Shown: positions 1-10,147 of the stretch, in pieces | Numbering within the stretch: position 1 is the first letter of the stretch | Layout: every line of letters starts with the position of its first letter | Assembly (NCBI GenBank): GCA_964016885.1 | Contig: OZ024740.1 | Location: 21,390,001 to 21,454,000, forward strand | Length of the DNA: 64,000 nt | Direction of reading: 5' to 3' | Origin: Eledone cirrhosa | Taxonomy: Eukaryota | Notes under the pieces: model-generated | Told to the model about the DNA's origin: nothing | What the model saw: the letters and a program-made list of their open reading frames with translations, nothing else | Database searches by the model: none | Made by a program: the position numbers and the translations under genes

Positions 1-800
1 GATGTGTCCTTCCATTTCTGTTGGGTCGCACATGCTGGACACATTCTTCATCACTCGTACCAAATCTGCGATCAGAATATTAAACTTAGCACTACTGGAC
101 ATTGCTGAGTTTTTGAGTATCAGGTATTTGGAGGCCATGGGTTTAGCATAGTGTGAGTGGAGAATTTGGGCTCTCTCGTCTATAGTGTTAATCCAGAGTT
201 CTGTGTCTAATACAGGTAGTCTATTGTTAGGGTGTTTGGAAGGGAAGTCTATAGTTACAGTTATACTCTGGTGTATGGAATTAGCTATCTGCTGGATGCT
301 TTCCATCGTGCTACGTTCTAAATCAAACTTGTTAGTGCTCTCTAGTGGGGGTGTTCTTATAACTATATTGATATCGTCTACATAACGAGAGTACATGATG
401 AGGTCTATGGAGCTTTCATTAAGGAGATCTTTAAGTCTCCTTTCCCACCATACCATGAAAAGGTTGGCAACATCACCAGCTATGCTGACGCCGATGGCTG
501 CTCCCTCATTTTGGGTGTAGATTTTCTCATTGAACTTAAATATGTGGCCCTTTAGGGTAGTTTTGATACTAGCCCCTATTGCATGTGCGACCATTTTTCT
601 TACCTGATCAGTGTTTTGGGGGGCCCGTATAGCTTTGGTCCACCCAATCCACCTTCCTATGGGAGTCTTTTTAGCCATTGAGGTTATGGTGGGGGGTCTA
701 CCTCTTATAGGTCTACTAGGGCAGAAACATCTAAGGTCATGGCTGTCTAGGTAGTCAGTGTCGTAGGTAAGTCTAAGTAGGAGGCCCAGTTCGTCTGTGT
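1..800 (-). mobile_element. Inverted partial copy of the same PLE (RT core), running off the left edge of the window
   Basis: 1-800 is the reverse complement of 2661-3460 (position x pairs with 3461-x). The track ORFs 185..385(+) and 3076..3276(-) give identical peptides. No mismatch seen in spot checks. Confidence 0.97.
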
Positions 801-878
801 TTTAGCCGTTCAGCTTGTGTTTTGTTCAATAATATTATTGAACAAAACACAAAACACAAGCTGAACGGCTAAAACACA
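796..878. repeat. Fold-back hairpin at the inversion junction
   Basis: Perfect 38-bp palindrome at 815-852. Outer arms TGTGTTTTAGCCGTTCAGCTTGTG / CACAAGCTGAACGGCTAAAACACA, with a 7-nt duplication (AAAACAC) in the right arm. Confidence 0.95.
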
Positions 879-892
879 CAATAACAGTTAAT

Positions 893-3800
893 ATGAAAAG
901 AACAACATACACAAAAGTCAACGCACTCTACAGACAAAAACGCATCAACGGTAAGGAAATCCGAAATCTCATCACAGCAAACGAGAGAGATGACTTCATG
1001 AGCGTCATCCGACGCGAAACGAAATATGCTCAAAACGAATGCTGTAGGCATTTCAAGAAGAAATTAGAATGGATGAATAAGAAAAAACTACAAGAAAGGA
1101 AAATCGAATATTCTCAAAAATACCCAGATAACATCGACAACATCCGTATGAGTGATGTAAAACTACCGGAAGAATTTACCAATGACTACACAGTAAATAT
1201 CTATGGGAACACTTTAATCAGTGAACAAGAACAACAAATCCTAAAGTTACCACCAAAATTTGCCATCTACAAAAAGATTAACCCTATGGAATGCAAAACG
1301 GAGCTGGAAAAGTGTTTCACAAAAATACGTTGGAATGCAAAGGTAAACAACAACAACAATAATAACGGTAGTAGTAATATAAACAATAACTCTGGGTATA
1401 GAAATAACAGCCATAACCATAACAATGGCAGGAAAGTGAGAAATAGTGATAATGGTAATAATACTAGCGATAGACAGAACAACAACAACCACAATAATAA
1501 TAATAATAGAAACGTTAACCACAGACACAGCAACAGTGACCACAGTAGTAATAACGGTAACAATACGAACAACAACAACAACAATAACCACAGTGGTAAT
1601 AATGGAAATAGTACATGTAGCAACATCAACAAAAACAAGAAACATAATAATAGTAACAACCACAATGGTAGAAATAGCAGTAACAACAACAACAATAACG
1701 GTGAAGTAAACAACAATACATCTAGCAATCATAATAATAATATTAATGCTAATGATAGAAACAACAACAACCACCATGATAACAATAATAGCAACACACA
1801 CAACTATGACGATAGAAATAACGACAACCCCTTAGAGAAACTATTTTTCAACCCAGCTGACAAAACATATAAGATGGGTAATATCTATCCTACGAGGTTA
1901 CCCTTTAATAAAAGAGTTTGCATACCACAGCAAATAGATGACGAGACGGAGGCACAGTTCACCATAGCTAGAAATAAGATTAGACAAGTAGTAGACAGGT
2001 ACACTATGAGACAGAGCAGACCAGAGGCCCAACAACTTGGGATAAAACCTGTAGAAGGCTTGGTTAGCCTCAAGCAGCGCACAAGGGATGGTGAGGTAGT
2101 GTGTCTACCCACAGATAAGTCTGGTAGGATGTCAATAGATAGCATGCCGAACTACATCGAGGCAATGCAACCCCACATCACCAACACGAGCGAAGTTGCA
2201 CAACTAACACACGATGGGAGAGAAAAAATCCTCAACGCTCACATGATGATGTGGACTGACATCCTAAAGCCAAGCAGACGCACTGCCAACAACTTCCAGG
2301 CGTCTAACAATGGCATACCACCCTTGTATGGGCTCCGCAAAGACCACAAGACAGTCGACGACCCGACAACAGGACCACCAACAAGACCCGTATGCGGAGC
2401 TAATATAGCTAGCAACTACAGGATCTCCTACTTCCTCTCAATGGTTATACGCCCCATAATCAAGATGTCCCCAGATGTATGTGAAAGTACAGAGGACCTC
2501 CTCAGCAGAATCAGTGAGTGCAACAAAAACAGGAGCCTATCCAACTGCATAATAGGCAGCATGGATGTGGTGTCACTGTACCCATCCATTAACATTGATT
2601 TTGCTGTGAAAAGATGTGTGGAGATGATCATTGAGAGTGAGGTGGAGTTCTGCGACGTCGACACAGACGAACTGGGCCTCCTACTTAGACTTACCTACGA
2701 CACTGACTACCTAGACAGCCATGACCTTAGATGTTTCTGCCCTAGTAGACCTATAAGAGGTAGACCCCCCACCATAACCTCAATGGCTAAAAAGACTCCC
2801 ATAGGAAGGTGGATTGGGTGGACCAAAGCTATACGGGCCCCCCAAAACACTGATCAGGTAAGAAAAATGGTCGCACATGCAATAGGGGCTAGTATCAAAA
2901 CTACCCTAAAGGGCCACATATTTAAGTTCAATGAGAAAATCTACACCCAAAATGAGGGAGCAGCCATCGGCGTCAGCATAGCTGGTGATGTTGCCAACCT
3001 TTTCATGGTATGGTGGGAAAGGAAACTTAAAGATCTCCTTAATGAAAGCTCCATAGACCTCATCATGTACTCTCGTTATGTAGACGATATCAATATAGTT
3101 ATAAGAACACCCCCACTAGAGAGCACTAACAAGTTTGATTTAGAACGTAGCACGATGGAAAGCATCCAGCAGATAGCTAATTCCATACACCAGAGTATAA
3201 CTGTAACTATAGACTTCCCTTCCAAACACCCTAACAATAGACTACCTGTATTAGACACAGAACTCTGGATTAACACTATAGACGAGAGAGCCCAAATTCT
3301 CCACTCACACTATGCTAAACCCATGGCCTCCAAATACCTGATACTCAAAAACTCAGCAATGTCCAGTAGTGCTAAGTTTAATATTCTGATCGCAGATTTG
3401 GTACGAGTGATGAAGAATGTGTCCAGCATGTGCGACCCAACAGAAATGGAAGGACACATCCAACACTTCATCAACCGCATGCAGTTCTCTGGCTACAACC
3501 AAAGAGACAGAGTCAGAGTATACGAAGGAGCCATGGAAAAGTATAAGACCCTCATAGAACTGGACATGAAAGGAATTTGCCCACTATACAGGAGCAAATC
3601 ATGGAATAGCTTAGATAGGGCTAGACATAAGATAGGGAAGGCCACATCATGGTACGACAACCAGAGATATCAGAGTGTCATGTTTGTGGACGCCACCCCT
3701 GGAGGGAAATTAGCTAACCAGTGTAGAAAGGCCCTGAGAAAGACCCACTTAAAAATAAAGGTGGTAGAAAAGCCAGGAACCACCATAAAATCCCTGATCA

Positions 3801-4234
3801 GCAAAACCTACCCTTTTAAGAAAACCCACTGTACCAATAGGAAATGTATCATATGTAAGGTGAACCCCCGGATAAACTGTAAAACTAGAAACGTAGTCTA
3901 TAGCATAAGATGTACAGAGGGTACTTGCAGAAACACGACAACAACATACATAGGTGAGACAGCTCGTAGCATAGGTGAAAGGATAGACCAACACTGGGGG
4001 GAACTAAAAGGACGAAAAAACGGGTCAGTACTATACGAACATGCTAGACAACAACATGACGGTAACATAGACAACATAGAAATTAGAATAATATCTAAAC
4101 ATAGGAACGACCCAGCAGATAGGCAAATCAGAGAGGCCAGTGAAATAGAAATTAGAAGACCAAAGCTAAACAGAAAGAATGAGTGGAACAACAACAACAC
4201 CCAAACAAACAACACTGACCTAAGAGAAGTATAA
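893..4234 (+). CDS. Penelope-like element polyprotein: reverse transcriptase + Cys-rich linker + C-terminal GIY-YIG endonuclease (possibly Naiad-like clade); probably 5'-truncated
   Basis: 1113-aa ORF with PLE RT motifs in order: PTDKSG, PPLYGLRKDHK, PPTRPVC, GSMDVVSLYPSI, QNEGAAIGVSIAGDVANLFM, YSRYVDD, LPVLDTEL, HYAKP. Then CTNRKCIIC linker and GIY-YIG motifs NVVYSIRC...YIGETARSIGERIDQH...H...REASEI...LN. Clade call is tentative. Confidence 0.95.
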   Translation: MKRTTYTKVNALYRQKRINGKEIRNLITANERDDFMSVIRRETKYAQNECCRHFKKKLEWMNKKKLQERKIEYSQKYPDNIDNIRMSDVKLPEEFTNDYTVNIYGNTLISEQEQQILKLPPKFAIYKKINPMECKTELEKCFTKIRWNAKVNNNNNNNGSSNINNNSGYRNNSHNHNNGRKVRNSDNGNNTSDRQNNNNHNNNNNRNVNHRHSNSDHSSNNGNNTNNNNNNNHSGNNGNSTCSNINKNKKHNNSNNHNGRNSSNNNNNNGEVNNNTSSNHNNNINANDRNNNNHHDNNNSNTHNYDDRNNDNPLEKLFFNPADKTYKMGNIYPTRLPFNKRVCIPQQIDDETEAQFTIARNKIRQVVDRYTMRQSRPEAQQLGIKPVEGLVSLKQRTRDGEVVCLPTDKSGRMSIDSMPNYIEAMQPHITNTSEVAQLTHDGREKILNAHMMMWTDILKPSRRTANNFQASNNGIPPLYGLRKDHKTVDDPTTGPPTRPVCGANIASNYRISYFLSMVIRPIIKMSPDVCESTEDLLSRISECNKNRSLSNCIIGSMDVVSLYPSINIDFAVKRCVEMIIESEVEFCDVDTDELGLLLRLTYDTDYLDSHDLRCFCPSRPIRGRPPTITSMAKKTPIGRWIGWTKAIRAPQNTDQVRKMVAHAIGASIKTTLKGHIFKFNEKIYTQNEGAAIGVSIAGDVANLFMVWWERKLKDLLNESSIDLIMYSRYVDDINIVIRTPPLESTNKFDLERSTMESIQQIANSIHQSITVTIDFPSKHPNNRLPVLDTELWINTIDERAQILHSHYAKPMASKYLILKNSAMSSSAKFNILIADLVRVMKNVSSMCDPTEMEGHIQHFINRMQFSGYNQRDRVRVYEGAMEKYKTLIELDMKGICPLYRSKSWNSLDRARHKIGKATSWYDNQRYQSVMFVDATPGGKLANQCRKALRKTHLKIKVVEKPGTTIKSLISKTYPFKKTHCTNRKCIICKVNPRINCKTRNVVYSIRCTEGTCRNTTTTYIGETARSIGERIDQHWGELKGRKNGSVLYEHARQQHDGNIDNIEIRIISKHRNDPADRQIREASEIEIRRPKLNRKNEWNNNNTQTNNTDLREV
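1346..1828 (+). repeat. In-frame (AAC/AAT)-rich low-complexity tract encoding an Asn-rich segment of about 160 aa
   Basis: Translation NNNNNNNGSSNINNN...HHDNNNSN; reading frame preserved throughout. Confidence 0.9.
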
Positions 4235-4501
4235 ATAAATAAGTAAATTAAATAAAATAAAATAAGATAAATAAATACATACACAAGCACATAAACACAC
4301 ACTAGTCACCCAGCAGACACAACACTATACACACTAGTCACACATCACACATAACACTATACACACACGCAAACGCATGCGCAAAGAAGACAAAATAAAA
4401 TAAGATAAACAAACAAGCAAATAAATAAATAAATATATAGACAGACTGAACAAAAAAAAAATGGCGTAGACATACAACACAACAGGAGGAACAATGAATA
4501 T

Positions 4502-4575
4502 AACACCACTGACGATGTTGCAGATGTGCAACGAAAGATTTATGTAAATTATGTAAACTATATATATATGTGTTT
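4502..4575 (+). ncRNA. Hammerhead-like core in the PLE 3' UTR/pLTR (stem I uncertain)
   Basis: CTGACGA-T-GTTGCA(GATG)TGCAAC-GAAA. A possible imperfect stem III ends at CTA (4558-4560). Stem I partner is not clean. Confidence 0.5.
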
Positions 4576-4762
4576 GTCTATATTGTATCTGTATTATTTT
4601 TGACCGCCGGTCAGTCAATGGCAACATTGAGGACCGAGTAAGTTAGATCGCAGATATATATATATAAAAGACAGCGAGAAGCGAAAACCAACCAAACAGT
4701 GAGTGTGTTCTGTTATTAATTCTGGCAATATTACGCAAATATGACCCTCCCCAAATATAACA

Positions 4763-4776
4763 ATATATATACATAC

Positions 4777-4846
<70 letters not shown>

Positions 4847-4870
4847 TCATATATATATATTCATATATAT

Positions 4871-4923
<53 letters not shown>

Positions 4924-4954
4924 AATATATATAAATATATATATATATATATAA

Positions 4955-5037
<83 letters not shown>
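4763..5037. repeat. (TA)n microsatellite
   Basis: Direct reading. Confidence 0.98.
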
Positions 5038-5040
<3 letters not shown>

Positions 5041-5086
5041 AATGAATAATAACAGGTAGACATCAAAAAAGGTAATTTATTCCGTG

Positions 5087-5198
5087 TGCTTACAAATGTT
5101 TCCACGGTGGTACTGCAGCCTAGTTATGCTATGTGCAAATTTACAAGAATTTGCAGAACTCAAATATCCAATGCTGTGACCACTGTATCCTCAGAGCA
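5087..5198 (-). ncRNA. Type I hammerhead ribozyme (inverted copy of 6258-6369)
   Basis: Same fold. Core reads CTGAGGA, differing only at the variable N of CUGANGA. Confidence 0.8.
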
Positions 5199-6257
5199 GA
5201 ATGGTAAAATGTACAATGTAAATACCCTTAAGTGGGGTTGTTGGGGAAGATAGAGTAGAAAAGGAAGACAGAAAGGTAGGGGAGAGGGAGAGAGAGAGAA
5301 AGATATGCAGGGGTTGAAGAAGTAGGAGAGAGTGGTTTGTAGATATCTTAATCAAAATGTTATGGTAGGGGTCTTATTATACTGGTTACTTTTGGAGAGA
5401 TGCGTTGATAGTTAAGGTCGGAATTATTTATTGCCCCGGAGGGCAGGTTCATAGATGTGGAGAGGGAGATAGGCCAAAGGCGAGAGAGAGAGAGTGTAAT
5501 GGATGTAGAGAGAGAGGTAGAGAGGGGACAGACGAAGTTTATGTGGTGAGTGAACTTTGGGTTTGTAGTAGTAATCTATGAATTGCACTGGGTTACCATT
5601 TATAGTGATAAGCAGTGTATTGTCTTGTAGTGTGGGGGAAGAGAGGGTGGTTAGCTAGAAAGCGATGTTATAGTTACGGGTTCGAATGTTAAGTTATTTT
5701 ATAGTGAGAGAATTTAGCTTTTAGTTTGTGGTTAAGCTAAATTCTCTCACTATAAAATAACTTAACATTCGAACCCGTAACTATAACATCGCTTTCTAGC
5801 TAACCACCCTCTCTTCCCCCACACTACAAGACAATACACTGCTTATCGCTATAAATGGTAACCCAGTGCAATTCATAGATTACTACTACAAACCCAAAGT
5901 TCACTCACCACATAAACTTCGTCTGTCCCCTCTCTACCTCTCTCTCTCTACATCCATTACACACTCTCTCTCTCGCCTTTGGCCTACCTCCCTCTCCACA
6001 TCTATGAACCTGCCCTCTGGGGCAATAAATAATTCCGACCTTAACTATCAACGCATCTCTCCAAAAGTAACCAGTATAATAAGACCCCTACCATAACATT
6101 TTGATTAAGATATCTACAAACCACTCTCTCCTACTTCTCCAACCCCTGCATATCTTTCTCTCTCTCTCCCTCTCCCCTACTTTTCTCTCTTCCTTTTCTA
6201 CTCTATCTTCCCCAACAACCCCACTTAAGGGTATTTACATTGTACATTTTACCATTC

Positions 6258-6369
6258 TGCTCTGATGATACAGTGGTCACAGCATTGGATATTTGAGTTC
6301 TGCAAATACTTGTAAATTTGCACATAGCATAACTAGGCTGTAGTACCACCGTGGAAACATTTGTAAGCA
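6258..6369 (+). ncRNA. Type I hammerhead ribozyme with long stem II
   Basis: TGCT-CTGATGA-[TACAGTGGT...ACCACCGTG, 85 nt]-GAAA-C(ATTT)G-TA-AGCA. GUA cleavage triplet. AATAAA follows at 6375. Confidence 0.8.
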
Positions 6370-6564
6370 CACGGAATAAATTACCTTTTTATGATGTCTA
6401 CCTGTTATTATTCATTCTTTATATACACTCCGAAATACAGAAGGATCAGGAACTAAGTTTCTTCAACAATTCTTCCATAACTCGTAGAGTAACCTCTCAC
6501 AGTACGTCAACCATATCCAGTGTAGTAATTGACCAGTACTACATCTTGGGTAATCCTATACCTA

Positions 6565-6908
<344 letters not shown>

Positions 6909-7015
6909 GAAGGCGGCGACCGGACTAGAAACTGCTAAATGTTTGGCCGCCTTCTTGTCTCCTGCCTTTTCAGCCCCATGGATTGTGTCTATTATATTCC
7001 CTTGTTAAATTTCGA

Positions 7016-7073
7016 ATACCTGATGATGTCACCGGATTCATACTGAGCCCGGTCATTGAAATGATCATAGTAT
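7016..7073 (+). ncRNA. Type I hammerhead ribozyme within a PLE pLTR-like remnant (~6909-7271)
   Basis: ATAC-CTGATGA-[TGTCACCGG...CCGGTCATT]-GAAA-T(GATC)A-TA-GTAT. Palindromic stem III ATGATCAT, AUA triplet, AATAAA directly downstream. Base of stem II is imperfect. Confidence 0.72.
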
Positions 7074-7517
7074 AATAAAACTTAAAAGAATTACACCAGT
7101 CCAGTCTCCTGTTATTTTATAATAATTAACTCCGTACTCATACCACCAACTACACAAACGCAGACGGGTGAGTTGCATTACGTTAAGTGCTCTCCCTAAT
7201 ATTACATCAAGGTTGACTATACGGAATGACGAGTTCTATCCAGTGGTGAACCAACAAACCTAAATAATTAATATATATATATATATATAAACAATTAAGT
7301 TAAAAATGTACATCCACATATGTATACTGAAATACTAGTATGCATATGAATACACACACGTGTACATATGTAGATGTACCGAGTTTTTCACTGGTCACTT
7401 TACTGTGAGTGTCCAGCTATTCTGTATGTAAGTAAACACACAGACAAACCGGTTTTTAGAGTCATACTGGTTTTTGAGGAAACACCTTTCCTCTATTCTC
7501 CAGAAAGCCAGACAAGG

Positions 7518-7562
7518 AATATTGAACTAGTTTCGTTGTTGTTACAACTCATCAGCAATATT
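7518..7562 (-). ncRNA. Type I hammerhead ribozyme (inverted copy of 7995-8039)
   Basis: Exact reverse complement of 7995-8039. Confidence 0.9.
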
Positions 7563-7994
7563 TACCTATCTACCGGCCTTTCTGGAGAATCGTAAAAGCA
7601 CATATCGTTATATGCTTTTTCTATGAAAATTAGTAGTGGGCAGACTAATTTGCATAGAGTGTGAGTACGTACCGGTTCAACGGAGACGATAAAAACAAAT
7701 AACGAAACGAAATTAAATTTCGTTTCGTTTCGTGTATTCATATGCATACTAGTATTTCAGTATACATATGTGAATGTACATTTTTAACTTAATTGTTTAA
7801 GCGTCAGTCATACAAAAGTGAGTTACAAACGAAACGAAATTTAATTTCGTTTCGTTATTTGTTTTTATCGTCTCCGTTGAACCGGTACGTACTCACACTC
7901 TATGCAAATTAGTCTGCCCACTACTAATTTTCATAGAAAAAGCATATAACGATATGTGCTTTTACGATTCTCCAGAAAGGCCGGTAGATAGGTA

Positions 7995-8039
7995 AATATT
8001 GCTGATGAGTTGTAACAACAACGAAACTAGTTCAATATT
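7995..8039 (+). ncRNA. Type I hammerhead ribozyme
   Basis: AATATTG-CTGATGA-GTTGT(AACA)ACAAC-GAAA-C(TA)G-TT-CAATATT. 7-bp stem I, 5-bp stem II, palindromic AACTAGTT stem III, GUU triplet. Confidence 0.9.
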
Positions 8040-8327
8040 CCTTGTCTGGCTTTCTGGAGAATAGAGGAAAGGTGTTTCCTCAAAAACTAGTATGACTCTA
8101 AAAACCGGTTTGTCTGTGTGTTTACATACAGAATAGCTGGCCACTCACAGTAAAGTGACCAGTGAAAGACTTGGTACATCTACATATGTATACGTGTGTG
8201 TTTTCATATGCATACTAGTATTTCAGTATACATATGTGGATGTACATTTTTAACTTAATTGTTTAAGCGTCAGTCATACAAAAGTGAGTCACAAACGAAA
8301 CGAAATTTAATTTCGTTTCGTTATTTG

Positions 8328-8672
<345 letters not shown>

Positions 8673-8758
8673 GTAGGTCCCGGGTTGAGTCGGGGATAAC
8701 CACAGTAAGTAAGGTACTCAATACATGGCAGAGTAAAATTTTTTTATTCTATAGAAGG

Positions 8759-8809
8759 AGCTTCTACAGGACTAGTACTGTTTCATTCAGATGAAATCTT
8801 CAGGAAGCT
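8759..8809 (-). ncRNA. Type I hammerhead ribozyme
   Basis: AGCTTC-CTGAAGA-T-TTC(ATCT)GAA-T-GAAA-CAG(TACTAGTC)CTG-TA-GAAGCT. GUA triplet, AATAAA downstream. Confidence 0.85.
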
Positions 8810-8856
8810 TCCTGAAGATTTCATCTGAATGAAACAGTACTAGTCCTGTAGAATCT
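8806..8856 (+). ncRNA. Type I hammerhead ribozyme (mirror copy; one stem I mismatch)
   Basis: As 8759-8809, but the 3' strand of stem I reads GAATCT. Confidence 0.75.
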
Positions 8857-8873
8857 CCTTCTATAAAATAAAA

Positions 8874-8877
<4 letters not shown>

Positions 8878-8958
<81 letters not shown>
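8878..8958. repeat. (TA)n microsatellite
   Basis: Direct reading. Confidence 0.97.
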
Positions 8959-8960
<2 letters not shown>

Positions 8961-9037
8961 AAAACCACATACTTCGTCCGTTCCCATGTCGATTCAATTT
9001 GGATTGCCTCGGAAACATAACCTTATTATGTAACAAG

Positions 9038-9069
9038 CTGTCTGACGATGTCGCGAAACTAGCGCACAG
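9038..9069 (+). ncRNA. Degenerate minimal hammerhead
   Basis: CTGT-CTGACGA-TGTCGC-GAAA-CTAGCGC-ACAG. Stem I and both core boxes are present, but there is no NUH triplet. Confidence 0.4.
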
Positions 9070-9110
9070 AACAGTGTGGCCACTTTCGCCATTGAAATAT
9101 ATATCACAGC

Positions 9111-9307
9111 ATTATTATGTGGATTGGCAGTATCGGTAGAGGGTCGGACGCCATGCTTTGACGCAAAGAGTTACGGCCCTTGCCATTCTGAGTTCAAATC
9201 CCGCCGAGGTTAACTTTGCCTTTCATCCTTACGGGGTCGATAAAATAAAGTACCAGTAATACACTGGATAATTGCTGGCCTTGTGCCAAAAGTAGAAACA
9301 ATTATTA
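9111..9307 (+). mobile_element. tRNA-derived SINE
   Basis: A-box-like TGGCAGTATCGG, B-box GAGTTCAAATCC, conserved core CTTTGCCTTTCATCCTTACGGGGTCGATAAAATAAAGTACCAG, ATT-type tail. Second copy at 15165-15360. Confidence 0.85.
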
Positions 9308-9346
9308 AAATACTTAAACATCTGAAACTACTTCGCTTTTCCTTAT

Positions 9347-9399
<53 letters not shown>

Positions 9400-9431
9400 A
9401 GATCAAAAGATGGTTAAAGGAGTTCAATATA

Positions 9432-9498
9432 TTTTATTATGCGCATTTCAAAAACAAACATCATCAAACAATAATATTTGTGTTTTCATCAGATAAAA
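9432..9498 (-). ncRNA. Type I hammerhead ribozyme (inverted copy of 9606-9672)
   Basis: Exact reverse complement of 9606-9672. Confidence 0.88.
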
Positions 9499-9605
9499 CA
9501 GGAGAACATGATATGAAGGCTAAAAAAACACTTGTTGATAGTGCAGTTTTAAATCAACTGCACTATCAACAAGTGTTTTTTTAGCCTTCATATCATGTTC
9601 TCCTG

Positions 9606-9672
9606 TTTTATCTGATGAAAACACAAATATTATTGTTTGATGATGTTTGTTTTTGAAATGCGCATAATAAAA
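9606..9672 (+). ncRNA. Type I hammerhead ribozyme
   Basis: TTTTAT-CTGATGA-[AAACACAAATATTATT(GTTT)GATGATGTTTGTTTTT]-GAAA-T(GCGC)A-TA-ATAAAA. Palindromic ATGCGCAT stem III, three G-U pairs in stem II, AUA triplet. Confidence 0.88.
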
Positions 9673-9798
9673 TATATTGAACTCCTTTAACCATCTTTTG
9701 ATCTTATATTATGCATACTCCAGTCCCACAAACTGTAGAGTGCTTCTTATCCGATATCTGCATTGCTTTATTGTACTACAATAAAACTCACCTCCTAC

Positions 9799-9836
<38 letters not shown>

Positions 9837-10147
9837 CGAGGCTAATATCAACCTCTACTTTAAACATATTAGACAGGGTTGTCCAGACATTTACTAATTA
9901 TCAGACAATTGACGATTAGAAAAAAATATGAAATTGAATGTATTTATTTATTTAATCTCTTTAAATGTCAGTATAGAACCAATAAGCTATGACAGGCAAG
10001 CGGAGGTATCCAGCACCCTTGCACAAAAACAAGAGAGTGACGCAGATAAAAAATAAGACAGTGGGAATAAAAATAAACATTAAAAAGTTAAAAATCTTTA
10101 AAAACGAGCAACTCTAATGTACCTAAGGATTTCTGTTGAAGATTTTC

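Larger units (their letters stand above)
834..4770 (+). mobile_element. Penelope-like retrotransposon copy (ORF, A/C-rich 3' UTR, pLTR-like tail) ending in a (TA)n tract
   Basis: ORF as above. HHR-like core at 4510-4537. Tail ends ATGACCCTCCCCAAATATAACAATATATAT and runs into (TA)n. 5' end lies at a fold-back palindrome centred on 833/834. Confidence 0.88.
8671..8877. mobile_element. Short PLE pLTR remnant (minus strand) with a spacer-less 132-bp palindrome at 8742-8873
   Basis: Palindrome centred on AAG|CTT (8807/8808) with 2 mismatches; (TA)n on both sides. Confidence 0.82.
9392..9798. mobile_element. PLE pLTR remnant with inverted duplication (arms 9392-9548 and 9556-9712; the + copy extends to ~9798)
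   Basis: 157-bp apparently identical inverted arms, 7-bp spacer, one HHR per arm, (TA)n on both flanks. Confidence 0.85.

Noticed and set aside
185-4302. Short ORFs overlapping or antisense to the PLE ORF
   Set aside because: These are shadows of the A-rich sense strand, the Asn tract or the inverted copy; no domain motifs.
4235-4740. SECIS element / selenoprotein PLE
   Set aside because: There is no in-frame TGA within 893-4234 and no convincing AUGA..AA..GA stem by eye. A SECISearch run would settle it.
4638-4740. pLTR intron from donor-like GTAAGT (4638) or GTGAGT (4700)
   Set aside because: No AG acceptor lies between the second donor and ATG 4741, and no polypyrimidine acceptor follows the first. 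It cannot be supported without transcripts.
7374-8144. Twin ORFs 7374..7595(+) and 7962..8144(-) with matching peptides
   Set aside because: Explained by the inverted duplication; they are antisense to the hammerhead and show no recognisable protein.
9125-9206. tRNA genes at the A/B-box motifs (also ~15178-15255 and ~15693-15770)
   Set aside because: No cloverleaf or acceptor stem, and SINE core follows directly.
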